Under the pieces are notes generated by a model. The model did no database searches and was not told the DNA's origin. It saw only the letters and a list, made by a program, of their open reading frames with translations. DNA of 41,746 bases, from the sequence record SRR31156797_786; one strand, written 5' to 3'. The first letter of the stretch is position 1. Every line of letters begins with the position of its first letter. Below, in pieces: positions 1 through 9,597 of this stretch. Position numbers and translations under genes: made by a program.

Positions 1-537
1 CAGAAGGGCAAGGAATCCTCTGTTGGGAAAAGGAACGGGGCCCAGCACGCCTTGCGTCAGGCCTTTGATCCCTTTTTCGAGGAATTGCATCAAGGCCTAA
101 AGCAGTTGGATAAGACTGTTCGCCGCCATGAAACGCAACGGTCTGAAAAAACCGGAAAGAAGGGCAAGCGTAAGACAGCCGACAAACGGCTCAAGGAACT
201 GAAAACCGCCCTGGAAGCTTTGCAGGTTGCGGTGAAAACCGCCGAGGAATATTACAAGCACATCCGCTGGCTTCAGGATCGGTTTCCCAATGCGGAATAT
301 GAAGATGTCATCGGCTTATGTAAGCTGGCGAATCCGGAGGATGTGGCGGAGCAGGATTATTCCCTGAACCCAGGCCGGTACGTGGGGGTGGTCATTGAGG
401 AGGATGGCAAGACGGAAGAAGAATTTATCCAGGAATTCCTTGCCATGGATCAGGAGTTGGGCCAACTGAACAAAGAGGCCAGCGCCTTAGAGAAGATTAT
501 CCATCACAATGTTCTGAAACTGACAGGGGAAGAATGA
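1..537 (+). CDS. hsdM: Type I restriction-modification methyltransferase (HsdM), C-terminal part; gene starts upstream of the window
   Basis: Frame is open from base 1. The C-terminal motif YEDVIGLCK...QDYSLNPGRYVGV...EEF followed by a coiled-coil tail is typical of HsdM C-termini. Confidence 0.85.
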   Translation, partial: QKGKESSVGKRNGAQHALRQAFDPFFEELHQGLKQLDKTVRRHETQRSEKTGKKGKRKTADKRLKELKTALEALQVAVKTAEEYYKHIRWLQDRFPNAEYEDVIGLCKLANPEDVAEQDYSLNPGRYVGVVIEEDGKTEEEFIQEFLAMDQELGQLNKEASALEKIIHHNVLKLTGEE

Positions 538-1625
538 CCATGGTGTTTTTGCCGAATGAACCCTTCAATGACTTACCGTTGCTTCCGCCAAAAGTAGAGA
601 TCGAGACCAGGGCAACCCTAAAAAAGGCCATTTCCGCGGGCAGGGCATTGGCGGAATTAAAAGGACTCGGCCGAACGATCCCCAATCAAGCCATCCTGGT
701 AAACTCCATCATTTTACAGGAAGCCAAGGCCAGTTCCGAAATCGAGAACATCGTCACCACCCATGACGCCCTGTTCCGTGCCTTCAGCGCCAATACAGGG
801 CAGATCGATCCTGCCACCAAAGAAGTGTTGAGATACCGGGAAGCCCTTTGGGAAGGATTTAACAGTTTGCGGGAACGTCCCCTCCTTACCACCAACCTCT
901 TTATTCGAATCGTCCAAACCATCAGGGCCAATAAAGCGGGTATCCGGAACTCGCCCGGAACAAAAGTTGCGAATGCGGCAACCGGGGAGGTGGTGTTCAC
1001 GCCGCCGGAAGGTGAAGGTGTCATTCGAAACAAACTGAAAAACCTGGAAGACTATATTCACGCGGAAGATGCAGTCGATCCCCTGATCAAACTCGCTCTG
1101 ATCCATTATCAATTTGAGACGATCCACCCTTTTACCGATGGTAACGGCCGCACCGGCCGAATACTGAATATTCTTTTTCTCACCAGCAAACAGCTTCTGG
1201 AACTGCCGGTCCTGTATCTGAGCAAATATATTATCGAACGGAAATCGGATTATTACCGCCTGCTTCGTGAGGTTACGGAGCATCAGGAGTGGGAATCGTG
1301 GATCCTCTATATGCTGGATGCGGTGGAGCAGACAGCCCTTCTGACAAGGGACAAGATCCTTGCCATCAGAGCGCTTTTGATGAAGACACTTGAACTTACA
1401 AAGGAAAAGCTTCCTTCCAGGGTCTATTCTAAGGATCTCATCGAGCTTCTGTTTCACCAGCCCTACACAAAGGTACAGGCTTTGGTGGATGCCGGGATTG
1501 CTGAAAGAAAGACGGCCGCAAGTTATCTGAAAGAACTTGAGAAATTAGGACTTCTGCAAAGTCACAAGGTCGGGAAGGAGAACCTTTATCTGAATAAAGA
1601 GCTGTTGGAGGTCCTTTCAAAATAA
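534..1625 (+). CDS. Fic family protein adenylyltransferase (Fic_N + Fic + C-terminal HTH; SoFic-like)
   Basis: Canonical Fic motif HPFTDGNGRTGR and inhibitory motif SSEIEN. ATGA overlap with hsdM. Confidence 0.93.
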   Translation: MTMVFLPNEPFNDLPLLPPKVEIETRATLKKAISAGRALAELKGLGRTIPNQAILVNSIILQEAKASSEIENIVTTHDALFRAFSANTGQIDPATKEVLRYREALWEGFNSLRERPLLTTNLFIRIVQTIRANKAGIRNSPGTKVANAATGEVVFTPPEGEGVIRNKLKNLEDYIHAEDAVDPLIKLALIHYQFETIHPFTDGNGRTGRILNILFLTSKQLLELPVLYLSKYIIERKSDYYRLLREVTEHQEWESWILYMLDAVEQTALLTRDKILAIRALLMKTLELTKEKLPSRVYSKDLIELLFHQPYTKVQALVDAGIAERKTAASYLKELEKLGLLQSHKVGKENLYLNKELLEVLSK

Positions 1626-1692
1626 CGTGTCCATGTCGTGGACACGTTTTGAAAACGTGTCCAAATTTTGCCATTTTGTGGACACGTTTTCA
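1624..1692. repeat. Four alternating-orientation copies of AACGTGTCCA forming tandem palindromes
   Basis: AACGTGTCCA 1624-1633, TGGACACGTT 1639-1648, TGAAAACGTGTCCA 1650-1663, TGGACACGTTTTCA 1679-1692. Confidence 0.85.
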
Positions 1693-1762
1693 GGATATGG
1701 GTTCGTTTTGGACATGAAAACCAAAGGCTAAAGGTCTCAAAATGAAATATTTCTTAAAATTC

Positions 1763-2150
1763 TTATTCTACAATATGAGGGCCGAGCTGCCCCTTTTCGA
1801 GCCAGACAGAAATATCGTAGGTCCTCCGGGGATACTCATAGTATACGAAACTCCCGTACAGGTTGTTCGAACCTTCCATAAACTGCAACGCATACTGGAT
1901 ATGCCCCCCGTCCGGGCCGGCGTCAAGCGCAGTTATCAAAAGCATATCGAGGCGGTGGTTATAGACTGCTGTCAGGTCTCCCCAGAATTCGAAAGAGCCC
2001 GATTTGTAATATAGGCAGCCGGTGTACGAATCACAAAGATACCGTTCCCGACAACGATTCATCATTATATACCAGCTGTCCTGGCCCTTTATTACGACTT
2101 GGTAGTCGTCCACATTATGCGAAAGGCCGGGCGGATTTTTTTCATCGGTA
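1763..2150 (-). pseudogene. Possible 5'-truncated hypothetical protein (Tyr/Gly-rich)
   Basis: The 3' part of ORF 1763..2476 that does not overlap the plus-strand gene reads like a natural protein. No convincing start or RBS; 5' boundary approximate. Confidence 0.3.
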
Positions 2151-2158
2151 AATGTAAA

Positions 2159-3037
2159 GCTCTCTTGGGATACGCCTGAAACGCCCTGTCCAAGCTTGAA
2201 TTGATCAAAGATGGGAGCTTGCTCAATCCGGCAAGGCTCTTTTTCGGTATCAAACCTATCCAACTGAGATGTGCGGTCTTTATGACCACCGAGAGTTCGA
2301 CGATTATTGATCGGCACGACTTTGACGGCGACATTCTCGAACTGATTGAAGAAGCCCAGAAATACATCCTCAAAAACATCCATATCGGCATGCGGCTTGA
2401 AGGGTTGCGTCGCGTGGACGTGCCGGAAATCGCCGTCGAGGCCCTGCGCGAGGCCATCATCAACGCCTTCTGTCATCGCGACTATTACGACCCTGATTAC
2501 ATTCAGATGGCCATATTCAAAGATCGGGTGGAGATCCGCAACCCCGGCACATTATACGGCAACCTGACCGTTGAGGATCTGCGCAAAGGGAATGTTTCCC
2601 AACGCCGCAACCCATTGATCGCCGATCTGTTTCGCCGCATTGAAATGGTGGAAGCCTGGGGCCGCGGCATGCCCTTGATCCTTAAATATGCACCGGACGT
2701 CGTTTTTCGTGAAATCGGCAATCTGTTCATCGTTGCCTTCAACCGGCCCTCCTTCCTGAGGCAGAAAGATGAAGGGGAGGCCGCTACCCAAGAAACTACC
2801 CAAGAAACTACCCGAGAAAAAATCATGGGCTACCTGCGCGCCGAACCAACTTTGACCCGCAAGTTGCTTGCTCAACGCTTCAACATCTCGGAAGACGGGA
2901 TTAAATATCACCTGAACAAACTCAAGGTGGAGAATAAAATCCGACATGTGGGGCCGACTAAGGCGGGTCGGTGGGAAGTGATTGATAGCCCTCCTGGCGC
3001 ATCGAATGATGATAGAGTTGGTGGTGGGGATCAGTGA
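2159..3037 (+). pseudogene. N-terminally truncated, frameshifted RecG-C-like (HATPase_c_4) + HTH putative regulator, usually AlbA_2/Schlafen-fused
   Basis: Motifs ALREAIINAFCHRDY, DRVEIRNPG, RRNPLIADLF, VEAWGRGM, and a C-terminal HTH ending GPTKAGRW. Upstream LSWDTPE is in a different frame from NALSKLELIKDG (shift near 2178-2181). No N-terminal domain is present. Confidence 0.75.
2784..2819 (+). repeat. In-frame 12-bp tandem repeat x3 encoding a TQET linker
   Basis: CTACCCAAGAAA CTACCCAAGAAA CTACCCGAGAAA. Confidence 0.9.
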
Positions 3038-3294
3038 GAGTGAAGGGGTCGAAGAAGCCTTCTCTTGGCTCATCTCTGACCAAAGTGACCTTCTCCACAT
3101 CAAGATTCCCATAAAGAGAGGCCAATCCAATGATTGGGACTTCATTTGCTGATTTTGCATAGGGAAGCACTTGAAGACTAAAGAGATCCGCGACGGATTT
3201 GTCATATGAAAGCTGGCCCTGCCATTCGTTATCCGTTATAATCGGCTTGTGGGAGAAGTTCTCTGAAGGCAGGATGAAACGTAGGAGGGAGATC

Positions 3295-4128
3295 ATGGAC
3301 CTGATAGTTTTGGAAGAAACACCACCTTGGGAATGGCCTGAAGGTACGGACGAAATGCTCTTGGGAATTCTTCGCGATAACCAAAAAGATAAAGCCGATC
3401 GCCTGCTGGCGGCAGGGCTGGCGGGTGACTATACGGTAATCAATGATGAACTCGCTGCTGTATTGCTCTCTATTGTGCGAAACGGTGCGGAATCGGAGGC
3501 GATCCGCGCAAAGGCGGTCATATCCCTGGGGCCGATTTTGGAAACCGCCCATATCGATGAGTTTGATGATCCCGAAGCCGTGCCCATTTCCGAAGAAACA
3601 TTCCACGGAATCCAGGCGTCACTCCGGGAACTCTACATGGATATGGATGTTCCCATGGAAGTTCGGCGTCGAACCTTGGAGGGTTCGGTGCGGGCGCCGC
3701 AAGAGTGGCACCAGGCGGCAATCCGTGAAGCGTATTCCAGCGACGACGCCTTATGGCGGCTCACCGCCGTCTTTTGTATGCAATATGTTCGGGGGTTCGA
3801 TGACCGGATTCTGGAGGCGTTGGAATCCGAAGACGAGGAGATTCATTATCAGGCGGTTTGTGCCGCGGGGAACTGGGGGATTGATGCCGCCTGGTCGCAC
3901 ATTAAAAGTCTCGCCGCCAGTGAGTTGACGGACAAATGGTTGCGGCTGGCGGCCATAGAGGCCGCGGCGAGCATCCGTCCCCGAGAGTCAGCGGAGATTC
4001 TCAGTGAGCTGACCTCATCCGATGACGAAGACATTGTGGAGACGGCCTACGAGGCCATGGCCATGTATGATTTGCTTCTGGACGAAGATTACGATGATGA
4101 TGACTGGGATGAAAGGGTCCTCCACTGA
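3295..4128 (+). CDS. HEAT-repeat protein with acidic tail
   Basis: AGGAGGGAG RBS before ATG 3295. Repeated helical motifs IRAKAVISLG, IHYQAVCAAG, LRLAAIEAAA. Confidence 0.8.
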   Translation: MDLIVLEETPPWEWPEGTDEMLLGILRDNQKDKADRLLAAGLAGDYTVINDELAAVLLSIVRNGAESEAIRAKAVISLGPILETAHIDEFDDPEAVPISEETFHGIQASLRELYMDMDVPMEVRRRTLEGSVRAPQEWHQAAIREAYSSDDALWRLTAVFCMQYVRGFDDRILEALESEDEEIHYQAVCAAGNWGIDAAWSHIKSLAASELTDKWLRLAAIEAAASIRPRESAEILSELTSSDDEDIVETAYEAMAMYDLLLDEDYDDDDWDERVLH

Positions 4129-4216
4129 AATGTCCCTCCTGGTTTACCTTCCAGCCCTCTTCTTCCGGTGGGAAGAGGATGTTCGCAAATGGCGCGGTTT
4201 CAAGAGAAAGGATCCA

Positions 4217-4453
4217 ATGAACGAAGAAAATGAATGCAAGCCGGATGCGGCGGTCTTTCTGGAACTGGCTAAAATGAGAATGCCTTTTGGAAAGTACAAG
4301 GGGCGTTTCCTGATCGACCTGCCCGAGCCTTATGTGGTCTGGTTTTCACAAAAAGGATTTCCCCAGGGAAGATTGGGCGATATGTTGGCAATGGTTTATG
4401 AGATCAAGGTAAACGGGCTGGAATATCTTTTCAAGCCTTTGCGGAAAGGGTAG
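4217..4453 (+). CDS. DUF3820-family small protein
   Basis: MPFGKYKGRFLIDLPEPYVVWF...YEIKVNGLEYL matches this family's characteristic pattern. Confidence 0.85.
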   Translation: MNEENECKPDAAVFLELAKMRMPFGKYKGRFLIDLPEPYVVWFSQKGFPQGRLGDMLAMVYEIKVNGLEYLFKPLRKG

Positions 4454-4580
4454 CTCACCGAAAAGAAGCGTACAAATCCCGTCTAAATGCCGTAAAGATC
4501 TCCCCCTGACCCTGCGAAGCGGTTATTTGCTGTATATATGTGTTTTTTTTACCTTCTAAATTTCCAATTCTGTATTTCAG

Positions 4581-4610
4581 TTGACAAAATTTAACTCAAA
4601 AGCCTATTAT
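4581..4610 (+). promoter_or_regulatory. Putative sigma70 promoter of the TonB/ECF operon
   Basis: TTGACA (4581-4586), 18-nt spacer, TATTAT (4605-4610). Confidence 0.55.
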
Positions 4611-4668
4611 CCGGGATCTCTGCCGCCACGACTTTAAAAGTGCGGGGCGGTGTTAGATTAATATTTTC

Positions 4669-6708
4669 ATGAGGAAGGGAATCAGTACAATGAAAAAGAA
4701 AGTGTTTGGAAGTTGGGTTCTGTTATTATCAGTTATCAGTACGGTTATATGGTTCTTGCCCGCTGCCGTGGCGGCGGAGGCGGAAGAACCGACTGAAGGT
4801 GTTTATACCCTGGGAGAGGTGGTGGTAACCGCCAGGCAGGATGTGGTGGAAACCGCCGGCACCGTTCGGGAGGTGACGGCCCGGGATATTGAAAACAAAG
4901 ACGCCAGGACCCTGGATCAGGCCCTGGAACTGCTGCCGGGCGTAGAGATCCGAACCGGAGCGGACGGTGTCCCCAGGATCGATATCCACGGTTTCAGGTC
5001 CCGCCATGTGCTGCTCCTTCTGGATGGGATTCCGCTCAACTCAACCTATGACGGTAATTTCGATCCCGCCATCATTCCCACGGAAAACATCGCCAAAATC
5101 AAGGTCAGCTACGGGACCAGTTCAGTCCTCTACGGCCAGGGGGGGCTGGGCGGTGTCATCAATATCATCACCAAAAAAGGAAAGCAGGGGATTCAGGGGA
5201 TGGCGTCAGGCGAAATCGGTGAAGGCTCCAGCCGTCTGGGCCGTTTCAATGTGGGGGGCGCAGCTGAAAAAGCCGATTTTTTCGTGAGCGGCAGCATGGC
5301 GGCCCGGGACGATTACCCGCTCTCCAACAATTTTGAAGCCACGCCGCTACAGGGGCGCGGTGAACGGAATAACAGCGATAACCGGCGGAATAATATTTTT
5401 GGCAACATCGGTTATTCCCCGACTGAAGAGTGGGATTTGGGATTGGTGGCCAGTATTGCCAACGGTCATTACGGCAAACCCCCCAGCACCAAACAGAATA
5501 CCAAAACAGACCCGGATCCCTATGCCAATAATCCCAAGTACGAACGGGTCAACCATTTTCAGAATTTTAACACGCAGTTTTCAACGAGCTACGATTTTCC
5601 CGGACCCATGGAGATGAGGGGCTGGTTCTATTACAACGAATATGACGAAAAGACCACCCGGTATGACGATGACAACTACAATTCTATGACCAAAAAAAAT
5701 ACTTATTATGAAGACGGCAACTCCAAAAACTGGGGAGGGACCATCCAGACGGCCCTGGATCTCACCAGTGCCGGTTCTTTTACCCTGGCCCTCGATGCGC
5801 AGAAACAGCAGTACGATTCCAAAGGAAAGATCCTGGATGTGAAAGTGGGAAAGCAATATGAAGCCAGGAATTTCGACGACTCCTGGAGCCTTTGGCTCTA
5901 CAGCGCTTCCCTGGAATATGAGATTATACTTTTTGACGCTCTTGGCGTGGTGCTGGGGTACGGCCAATACTGGCAGAACAAGGATGAGGGTGAAAACGAA
6001 AGCAAAGGAAGTTTCATGGGGGGCGTCTATTACGATATTGTCAAAGGGTCCCGGGTACGCGGTGCATTTGCCAAGAAAATCCGATTCCCCACCCTTCGGC
6101 AGCTCTACTCCGTTGGTGAAGGGAACCCTGATCTGAAACCGGAAACGTCTTATAACTACGAACTGGGATTTGAACAGAGACTGCCCCTCAATAGCCGGGT
6201 GGCCATTGACGGTTTTTTATCCGATGTGAATGACTACATTGAAAAACCGTATGATGACGACTATTTTCACAATTACGACAAATACCGGTTCCAGGGGTTT
6301 GAAATCACGGCGGAAACCCGTTTCATGGAAAATGTGCTGCTCCGTCTGGGGTACACCTTTATGGACACGGAGGACAAATCGCCCAACAGCCCCAAAGACG
6401 AGCTGCAGTACCGGCCCAAACACAAGCTGACGTTCGAGGGGAAATACACTTTCCACTTCGGCTTTTCCGCCTACGCCAATGTGATCTACAATGCAGACCA
6501 GTACTATTATGAGCGTTCGGAACCCTTTACCAAGGCAAAACTGGATAACTACGCCATTGTCAACCTGAAATTTGACCAGACCTTTTTCAACAATTTTCTG
6601 GATGTCTATATTGGTGCCGACAACCTTTTCGACAAAAATTATGAGCAAAGCTACGGATTCCCGGCGGCCGGAAGGATCATTTACGGGGGTGTGGCGGTTA
6701 ATTTCTAA
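4669..6708 (+). CDS. TonB-dependent outer membrane receptor (start may be 4690)
   Basis: Signal peptide; TonB-box-like EVVVTA; plug motifs LELLPGV, LLLDGIP, SVLYGQGGLGGVINIITK; GNPDLKPE; DNLFDKNY; C-terminal Phe. Confidence 0.95.
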   Translation: MRKGISTMKKKVFGSWVLLLSVISTVIWFLPAAVAAEAEEPTEGVYTLGEVVVTARQDVVETAGTVREVTARDIENKDARTLDQALELLPGVEIRTGADGVPRIDIHGFRSRHVLLLLDGIPLNSTYDGNFDPAIIPTENIAKIKVSYGTSSVLYGQGGLGGVINIITKKGKQGIQGMASGEIGEGSSRLGRFNVGGAAEKADFFVSGSMAARDDYPLSNNFEATPLQGRGERNNSDNRRNNIFGNIGYSPTEEWDLGLVASIANGHYGKPPSTKQNTKTDPDPYANNPKYERVNHFQNFNTQFSTSYDFPGPMEMRGWFYYNEYDEKTTRYDDDNYNSMTKKNTYYEDGNSKNWGGTIQTALDLTSAGSFTLALDAQKQQYDSKGKILDVKVGKQYEARNFDDSWSLWLYSASLEYEIILFDALGVVLGYGQYWQNKDEGENESKGSFMGGVYYDIVKGSRVRGAFAKKIRFPTLRQLYSVGEGNPDLKPETSYNYELGFEQRLPLNSRVAIDGFLSDVNDYIEKPYDDDYFHNYDKYRFQGFEITAETRFMENVLLRLGYTFMDTEDKSPNSPKDELQYRPKHKLTFEGKYTFHFGFSAYANVIYNADQYYYERSEPFTKAKLDNYAIVNLKFDQTFFNNFLDVYIGADNLFDKNYEQSYGFPAAGRIIYGGVAVNF

Positions 6709-6802
6709 TGGAAGCAGCGATTCGCTGTTAGCCTTTGAAATGGGGCGGTGGAGCCGTATTTCTAAGAGCAACCTTTTTTTATCTGATGAGAGGAGCCGAC
6801 AC

Positions 6803-7522
6803 ATGCGCGTCTATATCGGTTTTGACGATACCGACAACAAAAATGCCAACCGCGGTACCGGAAAACTGGCCCGGTGGTTTGAAAAAGAGCTGCCGGAAGG
6901 GTGCCGCATGTGGGGGGTGGTGCGTCAGCAGCTTTTGCTCCATGACGATATCCCCTACACGTCCCACAACAGTTCCGCCTGCGTGGTGGTGGACGTGCCG
7001 GATGGCGCCATGCTGGGGGAATTGACCGAAAAGGCGGTTGCCCACGTGGAGCGGCATTCCCTCGTGGGGAGCGACCCCGGGGTCTGTGTGGCCTCAAACG
7101 GCGACAACGACCTGTCGGTCCTGGTTGATTTCGGTCGTCTATGTACCCGGGAGGTGGTTTCACAGAAAGATGCCCTTAACGCGGCTTCCGGTGTTCACCT
7201 TTCCGGACACGGGGGCACCAACGACGGTATTATCGGGGCAGCCGCCGCCGTGGGGCTGACCGCTTCCGGGCGTAGCGGCCGGTTCATCGAATTCGGCGGG
7301 CTTCGGAACTTCCCCGAGCAGGTGACGGTATCCGAACTGGAGCAGTCCCGCATCCTCGTCATGTCCCTGGAACGGGATGCTCAACCCCCGGCACCCGACG
7401 ACCGGGTTCATACCCATAACTGGTTGCGGCCCAGGCTCTGGGGAAACCGGGCCGTCCTGGTTGCCCATAAAAAAGGTGAAGGCCTTTGGGAATCCCTGGG
7501 GAAAAAGCAAAAAAAGGGATAA
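6803..7522 (+). CDS. Stand-alone TiaS (tRNA-Ile2 agmatinyltransferase) N-terminal-like protein
   Basis: AGGAG RBS. Motifs IGFDDTD...GTG, IPYTSHNSSAC, SDPGVC and GIIGAAAAVG resemble the TiaS catalytic N-terminal domains. Only 239 aa, too short to include the tRNA-binding OB/Zn-ribbon domains. Confidence 0.75.
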   Translation: MRVYIGFDDTDNKNANRGTGKLARWFEKELPEGCRMWGVVRQQLLLHDDIPYTSHNSSACVVVDVPDGAMLGELTEKAVAHVERHSLVGSDPGVCVASNGDNDLSVLVDFGRLCTREVVSQKDALNAASGVHLSGHGGTNDGIIGAAAAVGLTASGRSGRFIEFGGLRNFPEQVTVSELEQSRILVMSLERDAQPPAPDDRVHTHNWLRPRLWGNRAVLVAHKKGEGLWESLGKKQKKG

Positions 7523-7559
7523 TGATCGCGATTTTATTGCACGATCCAGATTCAGTCAC

Positions 7560-8945
7560 ATGAGCCCTGTTATAGAGATAAGGGATTATTCCTATCGGTA
7601 TCCCGGGAGAGAGAAGTGGGCTTTATCCCGTCTGTCTTTATCGGTGGCGCCCGGCGAATGCATCTGCCTTTCGGGTCCGTCGGGTTGTGGCAAGAGCACC
7701 CTCTTTTTGGCCCTCAAGGGACTTTTGAAAGACGGCCGCGAAAAAGGGACCATACGGGTTGGGGGGAGCAACCGGCTTCCTTCGGCGGGGCTGGTATTTC
7801 AAAATGCCGAAAGCCACTTCCTTTGCACCAGCGTTGAGGATGAAGTGGCCTTCGGGCCGCAAAACCTCGGGCTCACCCCTCGGGAAATTGAGACCGCCGT
7901 CCGGAAAAGCCTGGATGCGGTGGCGCTGAGCGGTTTTGACACCCGAAACGTGGAAACCCTCTCCGCCGGACAGATGCATCGCCTGGCCATTGCATCGGTA
8001 CTCTCCGCATCCCCGGATATGCTGCTTCTGGACGAACCCACGGCCCAACTGGATGCGGACGGAAAGAGTCGCTTGACGGAACTGTTGAGTGGATTGAAGG
8101 CGGCGGGGCATACCCTGCTGATTGCCGATCATGAACTGGGTCCTTTTAAACCCCTGGTGGACCGTTTTGTCTTCATGGATGGGGGATGTATCAAAGGGAT
8201 TGGTCGCGAATTCCCTGCCGAATATACCCTTTCCCCCCCGGGGCGCCATGGTGGAATGCCGACAGGGGCGGGCGGAACCCATAATCCCCTGCTCTCGGTG
8301 AAGGGACTGTTTTTCACGGGCCGTAATGGCCGGCCCCTGTTTGATAATTTGAACCTGAGTCTCTTCCCGGGGCGGCTTGTGTTCATTTATGGTCAGAACG
8401 GCGTGGGTAAATCGACCCTCTTAAAATGCATGGCAGGGCTTATCCGGCCCGAGGCCGGCAGCATTGAAATGGCGGGAGCGGGGCTCCCGGGATTGGACAA
8501 GCTTTTCGGGAAAATGGGATTCCTTTTTCAGAACCCCGAACGGCAGCTTTTTGAAGATACGGTCCGGGATGAAGTGGGGTTTTCCCTTAAACGGATGGGA
8601 CTTTCAGCCCGGGATATCGAACCCCTTGTTGCCGAAGCCCTTGAAGTTTTTCATGTGGATCATTTGAAAGACCATTCACCCTTGACGCTCAGTTTCGGGG
8701 AACAGCACCGGGTGGCGCTGGCATCGGTGATGGCACCCCGGCCTGAAATCCTCATGCTGGATGAACCTTTTGCGGGTCTCGATTTTGCCCGGAGAAAAAA
8801 TATTTTGAAGATCCTGTCCCGTTTGTGTAAATCGCGGGGAACAACGGTGGTCATCGCATCCCACGAGTTTTTGCCTGAGGATACCTGGGCCCATGAAACG
8901 TTTGTTTTGAAGGAGGGGCATATTGAAAAAATGGAAACGTTCTGA
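7560..8945 (+). CDS. ECF transporter duplicated ATPase (EcfA-EcfA' fusion)
   Basis: Two Walker A motifs (GPSGCGKS, GQNGVGKS), two LLDEP/MLDEP Walker B motifs, FQN Q-loops, VEDEVAFGPQNLG. Confidence 0.9.
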   Translation: MSPVIEIRDYSYRYPGREKWALSRLSLSVAPGECICLSGPSGCGKSTLFLALKGLLKDGREKGTIRVGGSNRLPSAGLVFQNAESHFLCTSVEDEVAFGPQNLGLTPREIETAVRKSLDAVALSGFDTRNVETLSAGQMHRLAIASVLSASPDMLLLDEPTAQLDADGKSRLTELLSGLKAAGHTLLIADHELGPFKPLVDRFVFMDGGCIKGIGREFPAEYTLSPPGRHGGMPTGAGGTHNPLLSVKGLFFTGRNGRPLFDNLNLSLFPGRLVFIYGQNGVGKSTLLKCMAGLIRPEAGSIEMAGAGLPGLDKLFGKMGFLFQNPERQLFEDTVRDEVGFSLKRMGLSARDIEPLVAEALEVFHVDHLKDHSPLTLSFGEQHRVALASVMAPRPEILMLDEPFAGLDFARRKNILKILSRLCKSRGTTVVIASHEFLPEDTWAHETFVLKEGHIEKMETF

Positions 8946-9597
8946 AAAGGGTGGTTTCAAGGGAGATGCGTTTCAGTATTGCGCCGGTAACTCCCCCATC
9001 CACCGGTTGGGGCCGGGGTGGAAAATCATTCTGGCGGTTGCTTTTTCAGCCGCGGCCATTGCGGCCCGGGAACCGTGGATGCTGTTGTCCCTTCTGGCCG
9101 TGAACCTGGCTTATTATCTCTCCGCTCATCTGGGCGTCATGAACCTGTGGCGGGATATCCGGCTTTTCCTGGTCCAGATGGCCATTATATTGGTGCTTTA
9201 TCTGATCAAATACGGGGTCGCGGAAGGTCTCTGGCCGGGCTTGCGGACCGGTTGTCAGATCCTTCTCCTTTTTCTGCCGGGAACGGTCCTTCTTCGAACC
9301 ACCCAAGGGACGCAAATGATGGGGGGGCTAAAAAAAATCATGCCGGAACGCTTGAGTTTTCTCCTCTTCACCAGCCTGCGATTTGTCCCCTTCTTTGCCC
9401 GTGAGACCCGGGAGATTGCCATGGCCCAACAGCTTCGCGGGGCACCCGTGGGCTTTCGTTACGCCTGGAACCCCCTCCACTGGAAGGACCAGTTCCATTG
9501 CCTGATGATCCCCCTCATGGTACGGGCCCTGAAAACCGCCAGGTCAGCGGCCCTTTCCGCCGAGGCCCGGGGTTTTGAAGAGCGGCTCCGCCCATGA
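8923..9597 (+). CDS. ecfT: ECF transporter transmembrane T component
   Basis: SPIHRL..WK start, LRFVP, conserved QLRG and EARG motifs. Exact start uncertain. Confidence 0.9.
   Translation: MKKWKRSEKGGFKGDAFQYCAGNSPIHRLGPGWKIILAVAFSAAAIAAREPWMLLSLLAVNLAYYLSAHLGVMNLWRDIRLFLVQMAIILVLYLIKYGVAEGLWPGLRTGCQILLLFLPGTVLLRTTQGTQMMGGLKKIMPERLSFLLFTSLRFVPFFARETREIAMAQQLRGAPVGFRYAWNPLHWKDQFHCLMIPLMVRALKTARSAALSAEARGFEERLRP

Noticed and set aside
1624-1720. CRISPR array
   Set aside because: Repeats are only 10-14 bp, alternate in orientation and have irregular short spacers. No cas genes.
4454-4668. Riboswitch or NikR/ModE/Fur site ahead of the TonB receptor
   Set aside because: No B12, TPP or FMN core motifs. 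Only one imperfect GC hairpin (about 4622-4650) and half-site-like matches with no partner.
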